Sequence record: PZ049726.1
Origin: a phage
Reading direction: 5' to 3' (one strand)
DNA length: 6,125 bases
Part shown: piece by piece, positions 1-5,822 of the stretch
Layout: each line of letters starts with the position of its first letter
Position numbering within the stretch: position 1 is the first letter of the stretch
Made by a program: the position numbers and the translations under genes
The notes under the pieces: generated by a model
The model's database searches: none
Told to the model about the DNA's origin: nothing
The model's input: only the letters and a program-made list of their open reading frames with translations

Positions 1-133
1 TTAACTTTGATAAATCCTCTATATCAGACTCCTCTACATCTTCAATAGGTTCTTCTACATCAACCTTTTCAGCTTCTTCTTTTTCTTTTAAAGCTAACTC
101 TCTTCGCCTTCTATTAAATCCAGTTATAGACAT
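1..133 (-). CDS. Hypothetical phage head-module protein, 5' fragment that continues past the window edge
   Basis: ATG at 133..131 follows AAGGAG with a 7-nt spacer, and this RBS overlaps the capsid gene stop. Hand translation gives MSITGFNRRRRELALKEKEEAEKVDVEEPIEDVEESDIEDLSKL..., open to position 1. It has a basic then acidic N-terminus. Function is not recognisable from 44 aa. Confidence 0.5.
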   Translation of the reverse strand, partial: MSITGFNRRRRELALKEKEEAEKVDVEEPIEDVEESDIEDLSKL

Positions 134-144
134 TCAATCGCTCC

Positions 145-1095
145 TTATATTTTGTGTTTAAATGCAACTATTCTTATATTCTTATTCTCGTAAACTCTGT
201 TCCAGTTTGCTTGATTTGCTAACTCAGCATTTGAAGGTGATTTTTTAGCAACAGAAGCATCAGTAAACTTAACACCTCTTGGATGTAGTAAGAAGTGTTG
301 TCTGTTTATTAATATATCTTCTCCAGCTAATGAATCTCTGTCTGTTTCAGTTGGTACAGGAGCAGCTCCATTACCTTCACCTATTGCACCTTGTCCGAAT
401 AAGTATGTAGTATATACATCTCCATCTTTAGGACAACCATCATCAACTATAACTTTTCTTCCTAAGTATGAAGGGAAATCAACAACTCCTTGAGAGTTAG
501 GTATATATTGAATTAAGTTTTGTTTCTCTAGTTCTGCAAATACAGTTGAGTGCATAGCAACTGCAGTTAACTTATCAGATGCATCTCCTAGTTTTGTTTT
601 AGCATCTATAAAAGAAGTTCCATTTATTTTAGCTAAGTCCCCTTCAAGAGAAGATATGTCATGTACGTTTCCACTCATTGTACTCGAAGCAAATACACCT
701 TTTAAAACAGCTAATAATGTTTTTTGTCTCTGTCTTGCCCAATATTCAGCCACTAAATCACCTATAGCTTTCATTGGATCATCACCACTTAAAGCCGTTG
801 CTAAGTCATTAACTGACCACGCTTTACCTCTCATTAATAAAGCAGCAACGTCTTGACCTGCAGTTATTTTACCAGGTGTTAATGCTCCATTATCATCTAA
901 AACTTCATCATCACCATTTAAATCTTTCCAGTATGGCATATTTATTAATCTACCACCTGCTAATGCTAAAGAATCTAATTCTTTGTCCTTAACAATTATT
1001 CCACACTTTACCAATGCAGATAATTCAGCTGTCCTTTCTATAACATAAGGGTTAAATACCTCTGGTACTATTACATCAGCTATCTTTGTTGACAT
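145..1095 (-). CDS. Major capsid protein, SPP1 gp13-like (HK97 fold)
   Basis: 316-aa ORF. N-terminal ADVIVPEVFNPYV, NMPYWKDL and LSGDDPM, and C-terminal ILINRQHFLLHPRGVKF and ANWNRVYENKNIRIV, match my recollection of SPP1 gp13-type capsid proteins. It sits directly after the scaffold gene, as in SPP1. Confidence 0.9.
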   Translation of the reverse strand: MSTKIADVIVPEVFNPYVIERTAELSALVKCGIIVKDKELDSLALAGGRLINMPYWKDLNGDDEVLDDNGALTPGKITAGQDVAALLMRGKAWSVNDLATALSGDDPMKAIGDLVAEYWARQRQKTLLAVLKGVFASSTMSGNVHDISSLEGDLAKINGTSFIDAKTKLGDASDKLTAVAMHSTVFAELEKQNLIQYIPNSQGVVDFPSYLGRKVIVDDGCPKDGDVYTTYLFGQGAIGEGNGAAPVPTETDRDSLAGEDILINRQHFLLHPRGVKFTDASVAKKSPSNAELANQANWNRVYENKNIRIVAFKHKI

Positions 1096-1115
1096 TTAAC
1101 ATCACTCCTTTTAAT

Positions 1116-1730
1116 TTATTTATTATTTTTTAATTGTTCTGCTAGTGTTGGGTTTTCTTTTAAAATCCTTGCTTGCTCTGTAAGATTGAAAGTTTCTTTT
1201 GCCCAAGGATTAGCTACACTTTGTCCTTTTCTTCCGTAATTTCCTACTCCACCAGTATTTTTAGGAGTTAGCTCTTCAAACAAATAACTATCACTTTCTC
1301 TTAAGCCTTTTATTTGACTTTCTAAACCTTCTAACTTTCCATCTTGATATTTTATACTTTCCATATCAAGTAAAGCTTTTATAGCCTTACTATTCTTACA
1401 TTTCGAACTATTCAAGGCATTATCAAGAGCATAATCAAACTCCATAGCTTTTATTTTATTCTCATATTGTTCAGAAGCTTGTTTATTTGTAAGCTGTAAC
1501 TCCTCTATTTGCTTTACTAGAGTTTCATTGTCTTTATTGTTCTTAGATAAATCTTCTAACTGTGTTTTGTAGTCAGTTAATCTATTATCTAACTCTTTTT
1601 TTTGTTCATTCACTTGGTCGAATCTAGCTTTAGGTATAAAGTTTCCATCATCAACCATTATCTTTTTATCACCTAACTTAGATGTCACTTGGTTATAAAG
1701 TTCTTCTCCTAACAATTGTTTTAAATCCAT
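1116..1730 (-). CDS. Phage scaffold protein (GP20 / minor structural protein family)
   Basis: 204-aa ORF. N-terminal LGEELYNQVTSKLGDKKIMVDDGNFIPKARFDQVNEQ is followed by a long charged coiled-coil-like region. It lies immediately upstream of the capsid gene. Confidence 0.8.
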   Translation of the reverse strand: MDLKQLLGEELYNQVTSKLGDKKIMVDDGNFIPKARFDQVNEQKKELDNRLTDYKTQLEDLSKNNKDNETLVKQIEELQLTNKQASEQYENKIKAMEFDYALDNALNSSKCKNSKAIKALLDMESIKYQDGKLEGLESQIKGLRESDSYLFEELTPKNTGGVGNYGRKGQSVANPWAKETFNLTEQARILKENPTLAEQLKNNK

Positions 1731-1743
1731 AATTAAATCCCCC

Positions 1744-2010
1744 TTATTTCAACTTTCCAACTTGATTTTGAAGCATGTATCCTTCTAAATACCACAATCT
1801 ATCTTTAAACCTAGATTTGCATATTTCAGCTCCAAAATCTTCATCGTAGTTAGCTGGATCTACACATGCTGAACTTTCAACTAATGTAAAACCACAAGGT
1901 AATTCCATTACAACAATTGTTATTTTCCCAAACATAGTTGTTACATGAAATTTAGAGTTGTTGTAAATTTCATCTATTTGACTTTGTTTAACTGTTATAT
2001 CAGATTTCAT
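1744..2010 (-). CDS. Small phage protein resembling the N4 Gp49 / Sf6 gp66 family (function unknown)
   Basis: 88-aa ORF. The core ...VMELPCGFTLVESSACVDPANYDEDFGAEICKSRFKDRLWYLEGYML matches the remembered family signature (NGF.v.GeSaCvdp.nfd.e.G...A...a...iW.LEGY.L). Its start overlaps the upstream stop (TAATG at 2008..2012). AGGAGGG lies upstream. Confidence 0.65.
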   Translation of the reverse strand: MKSDITVKQSQIDEIYNNSKFHVTTMFGKITIVVMELPCGFTLVESSACVDPANYDEDFGAEICKSRFKDRLWYLEGYMLQNQVGKLK

Positions 2011-2291
2011 TACTTACACCCTCCTATTTGTATTTTACCTACTTTCACAACAACCTCATTATTTTCATTTAACTCTATTACCGGTTCTTTGTAATGCTCG
2101 AATTCAACTTTAACATTTACAGACTGAATTAACTTTGTTGGTTTGATTTCTTCTGCATCTAACTTTAGAGTTCCAAATTGAGGTATTTTGAAATTTTGAA
2201 TATCTTTAGAAGATATACCTCCATAACCAAAAGATTGCTTGTTCCAATCATCTGTAAGTATTCCTATAACTTGCTTATTAATATTATCCAT
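2010..2291 (-). CDS. Hypothetical protein (93 aa)
   Basis: Intact ORF on the operon strand with GGAGG 4 nt upstream of the ATG at 2291..2289. It is translationally coupled to the next gene. I recognise no motif. Confidence 0.55.
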   Translation of the reverse strand: MDNINKQVIGILTDDWNKQSFGYGGISSKDIQNFKIPQFGTLKLDAEEIKPTKLIQSVNVKVEFEHYKEPVIELNENNEVVVKVGKIQIGGCK

Positions 2292-2393
2292 AAATCCTCC
2301 ATACGTTTTTTAGTTGTAACGACAACATAGATTAAGCTTAATTTGTTCTTTAACGCCTACAATAGAAGCTAAAAAGGCGCATAAAAAAAGAAC

Positions 2394-2522
2394 TTATAAA
2401 AAGTCCTTACCGTATTCTTTAAACCATTTATCTAGTTTTGCATTACTTTCACCATCTATCCAATTTCTAAGTTCCTCGCCTATTTGGTCGAGTTCTTTTT
2501 CAAGCACTGGTATAGTAGTACA
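2394..2522 (-). pseudogene. Orphan 3' end of a head-morphogenesis (SPP1 gp7 / Mu F family) gene: copy B of the duplicated last 42 codons plus stop
   Basis: Hand translation: CTTIPVLEKELDQIGEELRNWIDGESNAKLDKWFKEYGKDFL*. It aligns codon for codon with 3283..3411. It has no start codon or RBS of its own. The reading frame upstream is closed by the HNH stop 6 codons earlier. Confidence 0.75.
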
Positions 2523-2550
2523 TATAATAAAAGCACCTAATTAAAGGTGC
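2523..2550 (-). terminator. Candidate intrinsic terminator at the end of the HNH gene
   Basis: On the minus strand: GCACCT-TTAATT-AGGTGC (6-bp stem, 6-nt loop, 2533..2550; the HNH TAA stop spans the stem-loop boundary) followed by TTTTATTATA (2523..2532). The stem is short, so it is probably weak or leaky. Confidence 0.4.
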
Positions 2551-3224
2551 ATATCCGATAAATATTTATAAAATTGTTTTCTAGTTGTTTTTTCACCTTT
2601 ATATTTGTTGTGAAATTTATTATGACAACTTACACAAAGAGTTACTCCATTGTCTAAATCTAATCTTAAATCTTTATGAGTATCATAGCTATCCAGATGG
2701 TGTGCCACTAAATTGTATCCATCATCTTTGGTTTTACCACATATCTTGCAAGTATAATCATCTCTTTCTCTAACACTTTTACTCCAAGACTTATATCCAA
2801 ATATTCCACGATTTTCAATTCTATGATTTTCGGATATATTGTTATCATATCTTCCATTGTTTTTACCACTATTAGCTTTAGATATTTTCCTTTTATACTC
2901 TTTCGTCTGCATTACTTTTCTAAGATTATCCCTGCTTTCAGTAGAGTTTAAATAAGTATTGGCTATGTTTTTAGAATTATTTACAAATGCTTCTCTGTCG
3001 GATTTATCTGTATTCTTCCACCAATTATCAAAAGCTTCTTTTCTGCTTCTTGTATTAATTCCTAATTTTCTTAATTGTCTTGATAAATTTCCACTATCAC
3101 AATTAAGTTCTTTAGATATCATAGGTATTGACATTTCTTCATCAATGTAAAGTTTTTTTAATACCTCCGAATATTCCATTCCATATCTTTCTTCAACTTC
3201 GATCATTCTCTTAGATTTTCTCAC
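2541..3224 (-). CDS. HNH homing-type endonuclease (N-terminal HTH, NUMOD3-like linker motifs, C-terminal HNH nuclease)
   Basis: The C-terminus WSKSVRERDDYTCKICGKTKDDGYNLVAHHLDSYDTHKDLRLDLDNGVTLCVSCHNKFH is a textbook CxxC...HH...N...CxxCH HNH motif. The preferred start is GTG at 3224..3222, 6 nt after AGGAGG (3231..3236). The track's start at 3263 has no RBS. ATG at 3206 is an alternative start. Confidence 0.85.
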   Translation of the reverse strand: MRKSKRMIEVEERYGMEYSEVLKKLYIDEEMSIPMISKELNCDSGNLSRQLRKLGINTRSRKEAFDNWWKNTDKSDREAFVNNSKNIANTYLNSTESRDNLRKVMQTKEYKRKISKANSGKNNGRYDNNISENHRIENRGIFGYKSWSKSVRERDDYTCKICGKTKDDGYNLVAHHLDSYDTHKDLRLDLDNGVTLCVSCHNKFHNKYKGEKTTRKQFYKYLSDMHL

Positions 3225-3251
3225 AACAAACCTCCTAATGTTTATACTATA

Positions 3252-3280
3252 ATTATAGTACACAATCCATTAGGATTCAA
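3252..3280 (-). promoter_or_regulatory. Candidate sigma-A type promoter for the HNH gene
   Basis: On the minus strand: TTGAAT (3280..3275), a 17-nt spacer, then TATAAT (3257..3252). It lies in the short gap between the copy A stop (3283..3285) and the HNH RBS. The -10 box sits inside the 12-nt palindrome CTATAATTATAG. Confidence 0.5.
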
Positions 3281-3282
3281 GT

Positions 3283-3438
3283 TTAAATAAAGTATTTCCC
3301 ATACTTTTCAAACCAACTATCAAGCTTCGGACTTTGCTTTCCATTAACCCAGTCTTTCAATTCTTGCCCAATTTCATCAAGATTCTTTTCTAGTACGGGT
3401 ATTGTAGTGCAAAGTCCATTCGGGTGTCCAACGGCAAA
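3283..3438 (-). other. Out-of-frame 3' coding segment of the head-morphogenesis gene (conserved HPN..C motif plus copy A of the duplicated tail)
   Basis: The frame shifted -1 from ORF 3390..4220 reads FAVGHPNGLCTTIPVLEKNLDEIGQELKDWVNGKQSPKLDSWFEKYGKYFI*. This is the expected family C-terminus (HPN, Cys, ..P). That frame is closed just upstream by TAA TAA (3439..3444). Confidence 0.75.
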
Positions 3439-4220
3439 TTATTAACTGAATAAACAACTCCATTCCTACTCCTACTCATACACAATTCACAAGTTCTATG
3501 ACTACCTGAAGTAAGCCATTTAATTCCAGCAACAAACGGATTTCTTTGGCAACTTCTCTTCTGTGCTTGTTGAAAAGTATGATTTATTGCAGTACGGGCA
3601 AGTCTTTGAGCGTTATAATCAACTTGGGTAGAAGCTTTACGATATGTAGTCCTCCATTTCAAAGACTTTCTAGCACTAGGATTCAAATACACTTCCAAGT
3701 CCTTAGCAATTTCATACATAGACTTCTTTTCTGCAATTCCTTGAGCTAGAATATAGTCAATATCCTTTTCAAACTTCTTAGTGCATGCCCATATTCTTTT
3801 GCTTAAGCCTAATCTATCTTTGTAAAGCTTCCCAGACATTATTTCATTAACTGCAGCTTGAGGAACTTTAGCAAACATATCTATAAAGGTATCAGCTAAA
3901 TCTAAGCTAAAGGATTTTTTTATATCGAAGAGCATATTTAGTTGAGTTTCGTTGGCTATATTAGCAATCTCTATTAAATCCTTACTTAGTCTCTTATCAA
4001 TAGAATTAGAGAAAGTTGAAATATCTGTTTGTAAGGATTTTAATACACTTCTTACATATCTTTCGGATAAACTATCCTTTGATACTTTTGAAAGCTTCTT
4101 AGATGTATTTAAGTACATTTGCTTATATATATCTTTTATTTCTCTTTGAAGCTTCTTTGTTAGATGTATCTTTTTCTTATTAGCTTCTAGGCATAACTTT
4201 TCGTATTCTGATTTATTCAT
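3390..4220 (-). CDS. Phage head-morphogenesis / minor head protein, SPP1 gp7 / Mu F family; truncated by a frame discontinuity as it stands
   Basis: 276-aa ORF. It contains LSKRIW, YNAQRLARTAINHTFQQAQ (family RTE-like segment) and SHRTCELCMSR..NGVVYSV (CxxC...G). The in-frame tail LDTRMDFALQYPY* lacks the family's terminal motif, which appears in the -1 frame instead. It sits after the portal gene, as in SPP1. Confidence 0.85.
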   Translation of the reverse strand: MNKSEYEKLCLEANKKKIHLTKKLQREIKDIYKQMYLNTSKKLSKVSKDSLSERYVRSVLKSLQTDISTFSNSIDKRLSKDLIEIANIANETQLNMLFDIKKSFSLDLADTFIDMFAKVPQAAVNEIMSGKLYKDRLGLSKRIWACTKKFEKDIDYILAQGIAEKKSMYEIAKDLEVYLNPSARKSLKWRTTYRKASTQVDYNAQRLARTAINHTFQQAQKRSCQRNPFVAGIKWLTSGSHRTCELCMSRSRNGVVYSVNNLPLDTRMDFALQYPY

Positions 4221-4222
4221 AA

Positions 4223-4405
4223 TTATTTTCTGTTTAAATCAACATAAAGAGTTTTCTTTATGTATTTAGCCATCTCTAAATATTGACTTCTTATCTTTTT
4301 ATCTATTCTACTATCTTCTAGCATAGTTACAAAAGCATACATTGATTCTTTGAATTCATCAGTTTGTGTAAGCTTTACTTCTAAATTTATAAAGTTATCT
4401 TCCAT
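4223..4405 (-). CDS. Hypothetical protein (60 aa)
   Basis: The ORF fills the portal to gp7-like gap exactly. Its ATG overlaps the portal stop (TAATG at 4403..4407), and its stop lies 2 nt before the next ATG. No motif recognised. Confidence 0.5.
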   Translation of the reverse strand: MEDNFINLEVKLTQTDEFKESMYAFVTMLEDSRIDKKIRSQYLEMAKYIKKTLYVDLNRK

Positions 4406-5811
4406 TACTCAACTACCTCCTCAATCATTCCTATGCTATCTTCTAACATAGTCTTTTCTAATTGTATTTGCTTAAGTTCTTCATCAGCTATTTCATCAGT
4501 AGCATTTACCCACTTCTTAATATAAGTTTTCTTACTCATTGTCTGAGTATTGACTTGTTGCATATCAATAGTTTTTTCAGTATCTTCATCCTCTTGTAAT
4601 GGATATTGATTTTCTACAACTACCTCAAATTCTTCTAAGATAGGTAGCTTAGTTATGTTATAAACCTCTATCATTTCAAGAGTTGCTTTTATCATCCACT
4701 CAAGAGCAGGTCTCCAAGCTTTCATTTTCTCCTCGCACCTAGTAATAAGTTGCCAGTACAAAGCTTTCATAGACTTACCACTTGTCATCATACCTTTTAA
4801 ATCTTGGTTGTTGATTAAAGGTATATTTAAAACCTCATGCATATCAGATTTAATTCTATTAAGTGTGTTTTCCATACGCTCATTATAATTAAAATCAGTT
4901 TCTACAGTTCCTATTTGTGCTTGTTTTCCTTCACTTGCTGTTTGGTCAGTTGCTACATCCCAATATGCTCCTGGTTTTATTTTGAAATGTTTAGATGCAT
5001 CGGGATCTACATCTGTTCCATAGATAATCCTATTCATTCCTTTTCTAAGAGCATCTATATCCTCACTAGATAGTTTATTGTAAGCAACAGCATTGTCGCA
5101 TAGTTCTTCAACATCACTTTCTCCCTTTAAGTCTCCAGAAAGTCCATCATTTAATATTACATATGCTGGTATACCTGTGAGCTTTAAGTCAACATCTTTT
5201 GAAATAATTTCAATAGGAGTTCCATATCCATCGTATATACCTTCATTGAGAATACATTTGTCTTTAACCATTTCGTATTTCTGTTTCCATATCCTCTGTT
5301 CATTCTTAGTTTCTGCTTGGTTAAGTTGATAGAAGAATATAATCTTTCGTAGTTCATCTACTCTATCATCAAAAGGCTCATACACAAACTCTAAGCTAGG
5401 CACAAACATTATTCTTATTGTCTTAGTTATTGTATCTGCATGAAGCTTAATAGCAACTCTTTTACCTATGAAACAATCTCTAGCTGCTTTAATAAGTTTA
5501 TCTTCAAATAAGTTCTTTTTTAGAAGTTTTTTAATGTATTTATTTATTTCTTCTGCTTGATCCTTTAATGTATCATCGTCAACTGCAATTGAGAATGTTG
5601 GAGCTTTACCAAATAGGAATCTAGCTTCTTCTTTAATAAGCTTCTTTATATAGTTGACCTTCTTTTTAGTTGGAACATAATCCTCTTCATCAACTACCCA
5701 ATCTTGACCTGGCCCCTCATAAATATCATAAAGGTTTATAATATCACTATGTTCTTTAATTATCTCACTCCCGTAAAGTCCTTCAAGTTCAGATTTTATT
5801 ATATTTATCAT
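4405..5811 (-). CDS. Phage portal protein, SPP1 gp6 family
   Basis: 468-aa ORF directly downstream of the terminase large subunit. RBS AGGAGGTGA lies upstream of the ATG at 5811..5809. Its size, position and acidic C-terminus fit SPP1-type portals. The family call rests on synteny and overall resemblance, not a search. Confidence 0.88.
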   Translation of the reverse strand: MINIIKSELEGLYGSEIIKEHSDIINLYDIYEGPGQDWVVDEEDYVPTKKKVNYIKKLIKEEARFLFGKAPTFSIAVDDDTLKDQAEEINKYIKKLLKKNLFEDKLIKAARDCFIGKRVAIKLHADTITKTIRIMFVPSLEFVYEPFDDRVDELRKIIFFYQLNQAETKNEQRIWKQKYEMVKDKCILNEGIYDGYGTPIEIISKDVDLKLTGIPAYVILNDGLSGDLKGESDVEELCDNAVAYNKLSSEDIDALRKGMNRIIYGTDVDPDASKHFKIKPGAYWDVATDQTASEGKQAQIGTVETDFNYNERMENTLNRIKSDMHEVLNIPLINNQDLKGMMTSGKSMKALYWQLITRCEEKMKAWRPALEWMIKATLEMIEVYNITKLPILEEFEVVVENQYPLQEDEDTEKTIDMQQVNTQTMSKKTYIKKWVNATDEIADEELKQIQLEKTMLEDSIGMIEEVVE

Positions 5812-5822
5812 AATCTCACCTC

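Larger units (their letters stand above)
2523..3282 (-). mobile_element. Free-standing HNH endonuclease cassette (promoter, RBS, ORF, terminator) inserted at the 3' end of the head-morphogenesis gene
   Basis: The segment lies exactly between the two homologous 129-nt gene-end copies (3283..3411 and 2394..2522). It carries its own expression signals and interrupts otherwise SPP1-like gene order. Confidence 0.6.

Noticed and set aside
2394-2543. The HNH ORF is in the same frame as copy B, separated only by its TAA stop and six codons (LGAFII), which suggests a possible read-through fusion
   Set aside because: Sharing a frame has a one-in-three chance expectation. The six intervening codons are the terminator stem and T-tract rather than coding-like sequence. 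There is no known read-through context.
2541-3263. HNH protein acting as a DNA-packaging accessory factor (HNH-terminase partnership known from HK97-like cos phages)
   Set aside because: Those proteins are small and sit next to the terminase genes in cos phages. This one is about 227 aa with extra DNA-binding modules. It lies between the morphogenesis and scaffold genes of an SPP1/PBSX-type (headful-like) module and is flanked by duplicated target-gene ends. The packaging role is not strictly excluded without experiments.
3225-3263. The ORF-track start of the HNH gene at 3263 (GTG; N-terminus MYYNYSINIRRFVV)
   Set aside because: There is no RBS upstream of it. These codons overlap the predicted -10 box and contain the AGGAGG that serves the GTG at 3224, so the shorter gene model is preferred.
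2523-3411. Group I (or II) intron carrying the HNH ORF, with copy B as the true downstream exon
   Set aside because: Copy A is protein-coding-like and ends in its own stop codon. Outside the HNH ORF only about 58 nt (upstream) and 18 nt (downstream) of cassette sequence remain, too little for a P1-P9 ribozyme core. The gene has its own promoter and RBS. Splicing to copy B would delete the conserved HPN motif.
2394-3438. Intein interrupting the head-morphogenesis protein (copy B starts with Cys, a typical +1 extein residue)
   Set aside because: The HNH ORF is not fused in frame to the upstream gene because stop codons and a promoter intervene. There are no intein N-terminal splicing blocks. 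The residues before copy B's Cys are FII, not His-Asn.
3427-3444. Programmed -1 ribosomal frameshift producing the full-length head-morphogenesis protein
   Set aside because: There is no canonical X XXY YYZ slippery heptamer (the sequence is AAT AAT TTG CCG) and no obvious downstream stimulatory structure. The family is not known to me to use recoding. A mutation or sequencing error is more parsimonious, though I cannot exclude recoding from sequence alone.
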